Positions 51,801-60,182 of a stretch of DNA of 64,000 bases are shown here, piece by piece. The translations under genes and the position numbers were made by a program. This stretch comes from Octopus bimaculoides (taxonomy: Eukaryota): positions 121,689,121 to 121,753,120 of the forward strand of contig NC_068985.1 in NCBI RefSeq assembly GCF_001194135.2, read 5' to 3'. The notes under the pieces are model-generated. The model saw only the letters and a list, made by a program, of their open reading frames with translations, was not told the origin of the DNA and made no database searches. Within the stretch, counting starts at the first letter, position 1, and each line of letters starts with the position of its first letter.

Positions 51801-54800
51801 TCTATAGGAATTATACTAACAAGTCTCCCTAATCAACCTTAAGTATTTTACTTTTTCATCTAGCATATCTGTGTTGTTCATATTAGCATGTTGATACATT
51901 CTGCACACATGAGCCAATATTTGCAATATACAAATTCTTCAACCAATCTTTTAAAACTATACAATAAAGTACCATACTCACATACTCAATCATTGCAGTT
52001 TCTTTGCATTCTCTACCATCTTCCAAACTAATTATATAACACACCTGATATAGTGCATCTCAGATTATAGAAAAAAAATTTCAAACTACAATCTCCTTCA
52101 TATGCTAAGCACTCTGTTGTCCCAATTTCAAACTCATTGAATTAATTAGGTTAGGAATTCATACGTATTGGCATTATTAATTACTGGTACCATGTTATAA
52201 CTATTCATCACTTACTCTCTTACCAAACATAACTGTTATCACTGCAGCTGTGTTTGTTAGCAAGAAAACTATGTCTCTCTTCCACTTTACACCTTGCCTT
52301 TAGACTCCTTCATTATTCTTTCCAGCACTGCCTCTTCTATCATCTTGTCACCACAATCACTTGCTTCTCTACCTTCTTCTATTCACCCTCTTAACCACAA
52401 TATATTGAATGAAAAAAAGAAAGTAGTGAGGACAACCTCACAATTAGTGGTGCAACAATAAAATGCAGCCAAAACCTTTTAAATAGTTGATGTTAGAAAG
52501 AGCAACCATACCAAAAATGGGATGTCTGAGTGAGATGTGGTCCTCTGTCCTGTAACTCTGGAGTAGAATTGACTAAAACTATGATGACTCATCCAATCCA
52601 TACTGAAATCATTATGATTAACTAGGTGCATCTGAAGTTTTGGTTCCTACATATTACTGATCCTCTATTTTCTCTTCTTGGAGCCAAAAGAATAGATTTC
52701 CTCTTCTGTTGCACTTTGTGATATGTACTATTGAAAAGCAACTTCATTTTCACCATATTTACTTCAAGGTCCTTGAATCCAGCTCATTCCACAATGGTTC
52801 TTGCAAATTTAGCAATAGAAGCCAATCAAAAGTAAGTTACATAATGTCTTGATATAAAACTATCTGTATAATTCCTCACTTAGTTCACAGCCTTACTTTT
52901 AGCACACACCTACACACTGAGGAATCTAAACTGGGTTTTTTTCATCACCAGATTGTAGTATATTAGAAACTTTCACTATGTAAACAACAAACTAAAGTTA
53001 CAGGTTTGCTCTCATTCAAGAAGTTATATAAAACATTTGCATCTCATAGTCCAGGCAAAGGCTCAGATTGCATCATATTCAATCCAACTACCTAGAAACC
53101 CAAAGTTAAAATTCACACGGATCTTCCTTAACTCTTAATCCATTATCTTTAGAAGCGTTTAACTTCCACTTTTTAGCATGTCTCATTTACTTTTCTATTA
53201 TTCGATGCTACTTCTGCTATGCTTCTAATGAAAAAATATTTTCCTACTTCATCTACTTATTAAGTGGCTATCTTAGCAACCATCCCTGACAACTTCATTT
53301 CACTGTACGTGAAAATGAAGCATTAATTAAAGAGAGATTTTGTGATGATTAAAGATAAAATGTTAATGGTAAATAAAAAAAAATCCCAGTACTACATAGT
53401 CAACAGTTATATATTGTGTGTGTGTGTGTGTATACCCAAGGTACCCCATACCGTCCACCCAACAAACACCCACAAGCATACCANNNNNNNNNNNNNNNNN
53501 NNNNNNNNNNNNNNNNNNNNNNNNNNNNNNNNNNNNNNNNNNNNNNNNNNNNNNNNNNNNNNNNNNNNNNNNNNNNNNNNNNNATAAACAGGCAAATCTT
53601 TATTGAAGACTATCGCATTTAGAATACCCCTCAAAATTTAACAACCTGTAATTACAGAAAATAACCACAATAAACTGGAGCTGCATACAAAATTATTGGA
53701 CTTTTTGAGTTGTAATAACAGTATTCCATACTTTCTAACTCAAAAAAGCCCTCTCATAGTTTTTAACTTAGTAGAGAGATAAATCAAGAATATAGCTCAG
53801 AACTACAAAAATAACTAATTAATAACAGGAACAGATACATATGTGGACAAAAAAAAAATCAATTTTGAATAATACATAAATTTGATGTGAATCCTTTGAT
53901 GCATTTCTAAATGCCAGAATTAAAAAAAAATTTACTTAAAGATTAATTTTTTAGTTTAAAATGAGGAAACTAAATTTGTTAATTTGCATGATAGTCATTT
54001 ATTTGTTTAATACAATGTTTTTTTTTTGTCTCCTTTAAAAAGAACTATTGAAATTCAAAGGTGTAATACTCAATATGAATCTATGTAACACATGAACTCT
54101 AATGCACAAGATAAACTCAAAAATAAACAGGAAATGAAACAATTGTATATAAGTATATCAATTTAAGATCCTTCTCACTTTAATAATATAAAATTTTTTA
54201 TTTAACACTAACATATACTAGAATTCTATGACTATTCTAAAAAAACTTTTACTTATAAGCTTTGAACATTTCATATTTCTTAGCTGCTTATCATAAATGG
54301 CAAACCAGTTTTAAATGAATAAAAATGAATTCTAAAAAATTCATTCGTTTTATAAATTTAGTATAAAAGTTATCAAAAATATTTATGGTGAGACAATTTT
54401 CTTACAGGATGTTAATTTTCCCTATTGATGTTTTTTTTTAAAGAAAAAAAACCATATCAGTAAAATTTTCTTTAGATGGCAGTTCAAAAATATTTCTATT
54501 TTTTAAACAAACTAAAAATACATAATCTGATTTCAAACAAAAATGCAGGAAAAGGAACCTATTATTCAAACAAAGCTGAAATTAACCTATTAAAATGCTT
54601 CTAAGTTTCTCTAAGTAATATTTTATTAAAAAATACTATTTATGTTTTAATTTTCATTTAAAAGACAAATTGTTAGTAAATTCTATGTTTAATATAAAAA
54701 TAAAAAAACCTGAAAGCAAAGACGACTTGTCAACTATCTGGAAAATAATCTGAAAAGAAGAACTACTCATGACAAGAAGTACAATAGAAACAATTTTGAG

Positions 54801-55697
54801 TTAGTTTTTTAAGAAAAGCAATGGTACTNNNNNNNNNNNNNNNNNNNNNNNNNNNNNNNNNNNNNNNNNNNNNNNNNNNNNNNNNNNNNNNNNNNNNNNN
54901 NNNNNNNNNNNNNNNNNNNNNNNNNNNNNNNNNNNNNNNNNNNNNNNNNNNNNNNNNNNNNNNNNNNNNNNNNNNNNNNNNNNNNNNNNNNNNNNNNNNN
55001 NNNNNNNNNNNNNNNNNNNNNNNNNNNNNNNNNNNNNNNNNNNNNNNNNNNNNNNNNNNNNNNNNNNNNNNNNNNNNNNNNNNNNNNNNNNNNNNNNNNN
55101 NNNNNNNNNNNNNNNNNNNNNNNNATTATTATTATTATTATTTAGGAAGTGGAGTTCAGAGGAGATAAATCTCTCATAAAAGAAACACTACAAATGTTAA
55201 ATACAAATACCCCAACTTTGGCCAAATAGTTATTTATTAAATGAAAATTCATAAATTTCACTTGTAACTGTTAAAATACAAAACAAATATTTGACAATTT
55301 ATTCACAAATGTCTATATATAATTTTTTTGCCAAAATTTAAAAACAATTTTCCAATGAGCAAAGTTACTTGAATAAAATGAAATAGGTAAGAGGCAAAAT
55401 TACAACCAATGTCCAGCAACAGGAAAGCAGCAAAAATTAAAAGAAATGTTTTCTTTACCTTTCCCGCCGAGTCTCTTCATAAGTTCGTTTGCGAACATGA
55501 CCAGCTGCATGAGCTGGATGCCCTGGCAAAGCAGCAACTGCTGGCGGGGTGGAAGTAGGGATAAGAGTTGCAGCAGGTGCACCAGCAAGTAGTGGCTGTC
55601 CAGGTGGAGGAGGTGGAGGCATGCCTGGAGCCATTGGAACAGCCATCATGTATGGTGGAGGCACCATCATAGGAACAAATCCTGGGTATTGATTCAT
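1421..55697 (-). CDS. HNRNPUL1-like: hnRNP U/hnRNPUL1-family protein, 11 coding exons, 1677 aa: Pro/Met-rich leader, SPRY/B30.2, P-loop PNK-like (AAA_33) domain, 1147-aa low-complexity tail. join(55459-55697, 37469-37642, 34348-34435, 16375-16495, 15978-16227, 14884-15013, 11716-11932, 9750-9914, 9154-9286, 6813-6885, 1421-4864)
   Basis: All 10 introns are GT-AG with matching phases (2,2,0,1,2,0,1,1,2,0). Exon lengths sum to 5034 nt with no internal stop. The translation follows human hnRNPUL1 as I recall it: [85 protein letters not shown]. Confidence 0.93.
5174..5243. repeat. Inverted repeat: 32-bp arms, 2 mismatches, 6-nt loop, in intron 10
   Basis: aacaagtataggtgctggcatgaccatgtgat / aatgaa / atcacatggccatgccagcgcctatacttgtt. 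Confidence 0.9.
5417..6430 (+). mobile_element. 3'-truncated piggyBac transposon (PGBD4-like transposase N-terminal part, no catalytic core)
   Basis: TTAA (5413-5416) followed by CCCTTTCATTAG terminus. ORF 5782-6423 has PLDYFLLLF...ETNRYA, NYWS, IMTRTQF...LH and PLFKIR motifs typical of DDE_Tnp_1_7. No right end found. Confidence 0.85.
6813..6885 (-). CDS. HNRNPUL1-like: Coding exon 10: YNIEGKNKRPRDKMYKHDNRSAEQ
   Basis: atttgcag|GTAC acceptor and GAACAA|gttagt donor; 73 nt. Converts phase 2 to 0 as required and supplies the conserved QYNxEG helix end. Confidence 0.88.
7346..8060 (+). mobile_element. RTE-clade LINE 3' fragment with shared SINE-type tail
   Basis: Decayed ARIRTGWAKFRELL...LYDACVRTAVLHGSETWA...TCGRNRPRK. 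Same family as the copies at 42555, 58265 and 61238. Confidence 0.75.
9154..9286 (-). CDS. HNRNPUL1-like: Coding exon 9: [43 protein letters not shown]
   Basis: tttgtttcag|GT acceptor and GAACA|gtgagt donor; 133 nt; AVLEMKANF motif. Confidence 0.94.
9750..9914 (-). CDS. HNRNPUL1-like: Coding exon 8: [29 protein letters not shown]...HRSSKRTKED (DxTN motif and RxxxR lid)
   Basis: attctctag|CT acceptor and GATG|gtaggt donor; 165 nt. Confidence 0.94.
10620..11170 (-). mobile_element. Highly decayed RTE-type LINE 3' remnant
   Basis: Minus-strand translation gives faint KGMMVVGTVYRQTC...SLCSATVSLW, resembling the RTE KGxVYxxCVRSxMLYGSETW region. Confidence 0.4.
11716..11932 (-). CDS. HNRNPUL1-like: Coding exon 7: P-loop domain; Walker A GLPGCGKT (11894-11917) and IGTD motif (Asp codon 11831-11833)
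   Basis: tatatag|ATG acceptor and CAGATCG|gtatgt donor; 217 nt; lies within ORF 11609-11932. Confidence 0.96.
12380..13502 (+). mobile_element. Penelope-like retroelement remnant: inverted terminal repeat copy (12380-12641), captured RTE RT fragment (about 12655-12881), GIY-YIG endonuclease end (about 12882-13222), direct terminal repeat (13200-13481)
   Basis: KDCMYSIPCSCGRLYKGETCRP..KIRVEE..SGIADHVW..WDEVKIIDRE is a GIY-YIG signature. The two about 260-280-bp ends are reverse complements. Flanking 14-bp direct repeat aacag(a/g)atctctta at 12366-12379 and 13503-13516. Confidence 0.85.
13392..13437 (+). ncRNA. Decayed minimal type-I hammerhead ribozyme in the Penelope-like terminal repeat
   Basis: gacac-CTGATGA-a-ggc..gcc-AAAAT-GT-T-gtgtt. 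Stem I gacac/gtgtt and stem II ggc/gcc are present; the expected GAAAC core reads AAAAT. Confidence 0.65.
14190..14318 (+). mobile_element. SINE/LINE shared 3' tail ending in (GAT)n
   Basis: ccagctgtagaaactctgccaaatcagattggagcc...catgctagcatggaag..gttaaacgatgatgat; recurs many times in the window. Confidence 0.8.
14884..15013 (-). CDS. HNRNPUL1-like: Coding exon 6: FKVNFGQTAAWFPPPPGFVYIDHVHVNERVRGSKCPNTKTECE (SPRY end and linker)
   Basis: cattctag|G acceptor and TGTGAG|gttagt donor; 130 nt. Confidence 0.93.
15978..16227 (-). CDS. HNRNPUL1-like: Coding exon 5: [39 protein letters not shown]...ALFPHILSKNC (SPRY)
   Basis: ttgtccag|GA acceptor and TGCAA|gtaaga donor; 250 nt; strong motif match. 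Confidence 0.95.
16375..16495 (-). CDS. HNRNPUL1-like: Coding exon 4: [40 protein letters not shown] (SPRY)
   Basis: ttttccag|GTA acceptor and TTAG|gtatgg donor; 121 nt; PHVVRxGWS motif. Confidence 0.93.
22780..23060 (+). mobile_element. SINE 3' portion (ttgcttagaaacaggtgag...gcaagcatggaaaagtggacattaaatgatgatgat). Related copies near 30180-30320 and 60560-60900; related heads near 15340, 25190, 29940 and 48780
   Basis: Several diverged copies recognisable within the window, with (GAT)n tail and internal (GT)n. Confidence 0.6.
30370..31292 (-). mobile_element. Internally deleted mariner element
   Basis: TA-flanked degenerate TIRs (TTGGGTGACCCCATAAATAATGCGGTTTTTT / AAAAAACCCACGTTATTTATAAGATGACCCAA). 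ORF 30485-30754 has HQDNAWPH...HPPYSSDIASSNYHLF (mariner D..D region). Confidence 0.88.
31771..32748 (+). mobile_element. Mariner (Mos1/Hsmar-type) transposon with nonsense-interrupted transposase, cut by an assembly gap
   Basis: TA followed by TTGGGTTGGCAACTAAGTT left end. ORFs 31942-32394 and 32446-32724 are in one frame: HTH, WVPHAL, ITGEEKW, MLCVWWD, LLHDDTRPH; in-frame TGA/TAG stops. Confidence 0.92.
34348..34435 (-). CDS. HNRNPUL1-like: Coding exon 3: [29 protein letters not shown] (SPRY)
   Basis: tctag|CTATG acceptor and GGAAAG|gtattc donor; 88 nt; family motif WxGARAxYGV. Confidence 0.93.
35431..35655 (+). mobile_element. Decayed TTAA-CCCT MITE related to the 59385 element
   Basis: Starts ttaacccttttgacaccaac; internal gctaatttatgttcc and gacaaagttattcaactaaattctt resemble 59385-59596; right end eroded. 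Confidence 0.5.
37469..37642 (-). CDS. HNRNPUL1-like: Coding exon 2: QELAFSYHS...[15 protein letters not shown] (start of SPRY)
   Basis: ttttgaaag|GCAAG acceptor and GATTG|gtaagg donor; 174 nt, phase 2 to 2. Not in the ORF track. Confidence 0.9.
38900..39400 (-). mobile_element. Possible CR1/L2-type LINE remnant
   Basis: ORF 38925-39140 contains ICQWKWFDSNKL, resembling the post-RT WFxxNKLxLN motif; otherwise heavily decayed. Confidence 0.35.
42555..43078 (+). mobile_element. RTE LINE 3' end with GTGCC-N3-GGCAC minisatellite and (GAT)n tail
   Basis: acctgggatgaggtggtgaagcatgaccttcga...gagaagacccggcaagccaagtgagacc followed by the shared tail. Confidence 0.85.
44350..45100 (+). mobile_element. 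CR1/L2-type LINE reverse-transcriptase remnant
   Basis: PPILFSLNINDLL (cf. PxLFxLYINDL) and a downstream LWN-type tail motif; many stops. Confidence 0.5.
45611..46950 (+). mobile_element. RTE-clade LINE, decayed reverse transcriptase region and 3' end
   Basis: KGDLSNCQKWRGITLLS, EQAGFQPSRSC, FIDFKKTFDSV, GIRQGCLLPP, DLDLANDIALL, and a C-terminal KRKRGWPRNT-like segment; frameshifted. Confidence 0.88.
49440..49655 (-). mobile_element. Short decayed interspersed repeat (MITE-like)
   Basis: Reverse strand reads cattcagattactctgtcaaatgtaatgcttagttatttacattgc, which resembles a common octopus MITE from memory; termini eroded. Confidence 0.35.
55459..55697 (-). CDS. HNRNPUL1-like: Coding exon 1: MNQYPGFVPMMVPPPY...HVRKRTYEETRRE. 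Acceptor at 55710/55709 leaves a 12-nt 5' UTR part
   Basis: Acceptor ttcataaatag|ATATCTTGAAAAATG with in-frame TGA before the ATG. Donor GAAAG|gtaaag (phase 2) fits the next exon. RKRTYEE matches the pre-SPRY RKRPYEE motif of hnRNPUL1. Confidence 0.8.
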
Positions 55698-56274
55698 TTT
55701 TCAAGATATCTATTTATGAAGATAAATAATGTAAAAAATTTATCAGTTCAAAATAATGGTTCAATATATGAATAATTGCAGAGATAAATGACAATGTTTT
55801 TCCTAATTCAAATACATGTAATAAAAAAAAAAAAAAGACAAACTTTTTAGGTTGCAGTAATATTCTTTCTACTTTGCAGAGGATGGGTTAGTCAATACCA
55901 CTAGTAAAAATACTTGACTAATCATTTTATTGACCATGAAAGAATGTAAGGAAAAGTTGACTTCATCTGTATTAATAAAGTAAGTTGACATATTTCTCAT
56001 ATCTTTAAGTTCATTTTTCCATGCAAGCATGAGTTAGATGAATATAATATTTGAGGTAGCTAGATGCACTTCCTGTTACTAACACAGAAGTATGATACAG
56101 GGACAAACACAGCTGTCTTGTTATTGAGGAGACATACAGCTGAAAGAGATAAAAGGTAATGACAGGTACTAGAGCAAACTCGAAACAAACAAGGTGAGCA
56201 TAAGAGAGGATATGGACAGCAGATAATGGGAGATGAGAATAGATGCTTTCATAAGACTGAGGTGCAAGAAAACA

Positions 56275-56380
56275 GGTGGAGATAGAGGTCAGTGTAGTGA
56301 GTGATGGGGGTGTAGCTGATGAATAAGGGTGGAGATAGAGGTCAGTGTAGTGAGTGATGGGGGTGTAGCTGATGAATAAG
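56275..56380. repeat. Perfect 2 x 53-bp tandem duplication
   Basis: ggtggagatagaggtcagtgtagtgagtgatgggggtgtagctgatgaataag starts at 56275 and again at 56328. Confidence 0.95.
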
Positions 56381-56944
56381 GATGGAGACGCAGAGGATAG
56401 GAAATACCAGTAAGAACGGAGATATAGAGGTACATAAGGTGCTATAACAAGTGGGGCATGACATTAGATATGAGAGGGTATTAAGAATGGTTGCAGATAA
56501 GTGTTCAGAATGGGGTATAGAATAGGGAAGTGAGAGCAGTGGCTGAAGGGATAGCAAAGGGGTGATTGACAGAAATAATGTAAGCCAGGATAAGGAATGC
56601 AATGAAAATGGTTCTGGGAGGAGAGAGTATGTAATATGTGCCAGTTCTGTTCTCAGGTGAGTACAGTTGTACCATAGATGGAGAGGGATGAAAATGAGGG
56701 GTGCTTGACATGTCAGAGAGAAAAGAGAGAGTAGGGGGACAGGGCCCCACATGTGCAAGCATGACTGAGTGGTTTTAGGATCTCATTTTTGCTGTAATGT
56801 ACAGGCCTTTGAGGACAGCAAAATACCAATCATCTGTTCTTTGTCATCTCTGATGAAAATCTCGGCATCTTGAAATTAGCCATCAATACTTCGTCCCATC
56901 TCTTCGTCAGTTTCCTTCTTCCACGAGTTCCATCCACTTTAAAC

Positions 56945-57210
56945 GATTAGCACTTTACGCAACTGTCCTCATCCACATTCATCATGTGACCTAACCAGCA
57001 CAGTCTTCTCTTTTGCTCACTACATCTGATTCTTTTTATGCCTAAATTTTCTCTCAGTTCATTTGCACTTTGTTGAACATGCACACTAACATCATTCCTC
57101 TCTAGTCTTTGCATGTTATCTGAAGTCAGGGCCCATGACTCACTACCATATAACATTGTTGTATCACACAATGTCTTTCACTGGGAAAAAAGGACCTTTT
57201 GTTGCCAACA
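56945..57210 (-). mobile_element. RTE LINE 3' ORF remnant
   Basis: ORF 56947-57171: MLYGSESWALT...LRENLGIKRIRC...RRLCWLGHMM. Confidence 0.75.
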
Positions 57211-57256
57211 GAGGCATATTTTCCAAATGAACATAACATTTGTTCTTAACTGAATC

Positions 57257-57315
57257 ATATTTAACAATTTGATGTTGATTATGATATTCATAATCAACAT
57301 CAAATTGTTAAATAT
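57257..57315. repeat. Perfect 28-bp inverted repeat with a 3-nt spacer
   Basis: atatttaacaatttgatgttgattatga-tat-tcataatcaacatcaaattgttaaatat. Confidence 0.95.
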
Positions 57316-57723
57316 TAACCATAGTAAATGTTATTTAAATTTGTATGCTATCAAATTTCTCAAATCATGTATTGCCTATGTAGTAAGATTTTGGTACTCC
57401 AGAAATTCACTCGGAATAATAGATGATGCAATATGAAAAGAACCAAAGTAGAAAACAAAAACAACTGTTGTTCCATTCTGGAATAATGCATCTATATCAT
57501 AGAAACATCACATATGAAAGATCTAACAGAGTAAGTTCTTTTAGTGCAATGCAATGGTATCAATATTTCAGTTACGTGATAGGAATGCCAATATAAACAT
57601 TGGTTAAGTTTTACCAAGCAAAACCATTACACGATTCTAAACTATATCACAAAGTTATCCTTCATAAAAAAACTTCCAGAAAACATTTTTTAAAAGACTT
57701 GATCTGAGACTGCATGTTGAAAG

Positions 57724-58652
57724 TGAAACAATTCATCATCATTTAACATCCACCTTCCATGCTAGCATGGGTTCGACAATTTGACTGAGGACTGACGAAC
57801 CAGATGGCTACACCAGGCTCCAATCTGATTTGGCAGAGTTTCTACAGCTGGATGCCCTTCCTAACGCCAACCACTCCGAGAGTGTAGTGGGTGCTTTTAC
57901 GTGCCACCGGCATGAAGGCCGGTCAGGCGGTACTGGCAACAGCCATGCTCAAAATGGTGTATTTTACATGCCACCTGCACTGGCAACGATCTTGCTCGAA
58001 TGTTTTTTCACGTGCCACTGGCACAAGTGCCAGTAAGGCGATGCTGGTAACGATCACACTCAAATGGTGCTATTTACGTGCCACTGGCACGGAAGCCAGA
58101 CAGCTGCTCTGGCAACGATCACACTCGGACGGTGCTCTTAGTGCTCCATTGGTACAGGTGCCAACACGATTTCGATTTCTCTTGCCTCAACAGGTCTTCG
58201 CAAGCGGAGTTTAGAGTCCAGTGAAGGAAAGGTACGCATAAGTGGGCTGGCTACACCCCTGGCAGAAGCCTCAGATTATAGTCTCACTTGGCTTGCCGGG
58301 TCTTCTCACGCACAGCATATTTCCAAAGGTCTCAGTCAGAAGTCATCGCCTCGGTGAAGCCCAATGTTCGAAGGTCTTGCCTCACCACCTCAGCCCAGGT
58401 CTTCCTGGGCCTACCTCTTCCACAGATTCCCTCAACTGTTAGGGTGTGGCACTTTTTCACACAGCTATCCTCCTCCATTCTCACCACATGACCATACCAG
58501 CGCAATCGTCTCTCTTGCATACCACAACTGATGCTTCTTAGGTTCAACTTTTCTCTCAAGGTACTTACACTGTCGAGTCAAGTATGCACACTGACATTAC
58601 ACATCCAAAGTACTTACACTCTGTCGAGTATGCACACTGACATTACACATCC
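57724..58652 (-). mobile_element. RTE LINE 3' end (ORF remnant 58332-58559, about 66-bp minisatellite 57890-58170, shared tail 57724-57890), with a small duplication at its truncated 5' end
   Basis: QERRLRWYGHVVRMEEDSCVKKC...GRGRPRKTW. The 58557-58652 segment contains tacttacact..gtcgag..tatgcacactgacattacacatcca twice. Confidence 0.88.
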
Positions 58653-59384
58653 AACTGACAAATTATAACATCTAAAAGTCTGCAACATTAACTTTACCTT
58701 TAAATCTCAAATGGTATTGTCTACTGTCAAAAAACTTCACCACACTTCTGCTATCTAGTTACTGACAGCATGTTGAAGTGCAAAAAGTGAACGTAAGTCT
58801 TTGTGCATTCTCAAATGGCTGAAGCATTCTATTGTTTCCTTAAATTATTAAAGACCAAAAGTAATGTCTGATGGTATTGCATACTGTCATTTTTGATGTT
58901 GATTCTTTCACCGTAAAACCTTTAAATAAAGTGATTGATTACAATTAAGGGTGTTCAACTGTAAAAACTCAGTCAAAAAAGAGGAACAAATTGAGAGAAT
59001 GTGGACCATGCAGGCCTTACACAAATAACTTTGTCTACTCCCAATGAAAACCTGACAGTAGAGTGTTCCCCTTTAGTCATTTTACAAAACAATACTGGTG
59101 ACAATAAAATGTATCCAGTTTACACTGTAAAACGATTAGTGATAGGAAAGATGCAATGAGTGGAGAGGCACTGACACCCAACATAGAAAAATCAGACATA
59201 TGATTATGAGGAGGATGCAATGGTTAAAAGCAGAAAGAAAAACAAAACCCGATGAAATATATGCTACAAAGATTGCATAATCTGATAAGGAAGAAAGGAG
59301 ATTTAAAAATCATTGTGGTGGCTATGGTGAGAGTTGGCAACAGTTTAGAATCAATAATATAGGGAGAATGATAATGATGACTAA

Positions 59385-59596
59385 CCCTTTCATTACCAAC
59401 CCGGCTGAAACCAGCTCTGAGAACAAACATCTTGTTTTCGTAAGTTTTGAATTAAAATCTTCCGCCAAACCTAAGTCACAATTTATGTTCTTAACACTAG
59501 CTGAATGATAACTAAGTTATTTTACTAAATTTTTTGTTATATTTAAAGTAATTGAAAGAAACACAGCATCTCAAAATAAATACAGTGATGAAAGGG
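59385..59596 (+). mobile_element. piggyBac-type MITE, 212 bp
   Basis: TIRs CCCTTTCATTAC / GTGATGAAAGGG, flanked by (c)TAA and TTAA; no ORF. Confidence 0.8.
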
Positions 59597-59759
59597 TTAA
59601 GAACAGACCTGAAATAGTTGTGTTAAATGCAACCATCTACCTACCATGAAACTGAGCAAGCATTCCCACTGAACTTGCTTCATTTATGCTACAACAAATT
59701 CTCAAGTTTCATTATGAAATGCATTCACCATTTCAACAGGGTCAGTTTTGATCCTCATA

Positions 59760-60182
59760 TCATGATCATCATCGTTTAACGTTCACTTTCCATGCTGGCA
59801 CGGGTTGGAGAGCCAGTGGCTGCACCAGGTTCCCTTCTGATCTGGCAAGGTTTCTACAGCTGGATGCCCTTCCTAAAGCCAACCACTCCGAGAGTGTGGT
59901 GGGTGGTTTTTACGTGCTACCGGCACAGGAACCAGTCAGACAGAACTGGCATCGATCACATTTAGATGGTGCTTTTTACGTGCCACCGGCACAAGAGCCA
60001 GTCACGGAGTACTGGCATCAGCCACGATCAGTTGGTGCTTTGTGCGTGCCACCGGCACGGGAGCCAGTCAAGTGGACCTGGCATCGGCCACGATCGCTTG
60101 GTGCTTTTTACGAGCCACCGGCACAAGAGCCAGTCAGGCAGACCTGGCATCGACCACATTCGGATGGTGCGTTTTATGTGCT
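59760..60182 (-). mobile_element. LINE/SINE tail plus a 66-bp minisatellite (about 4.3 units)
   Basis: cggcac recurs at 59921, 59987, 60053 and 60119 (period 66), adjoining the shared tail in reverse orientation. Confidence 0.88.

Larger units (their letters stand above)
17512..55124. other. Assembly gaps (N): 17512-17731, 28726-28735, 32749-33079, 39755-39764, 40464-40503, 43638-43676, 53484-53583, 54829-55124
   Basis: N runs; all fall inside introns 1 and 3. Confidence 0.98.
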
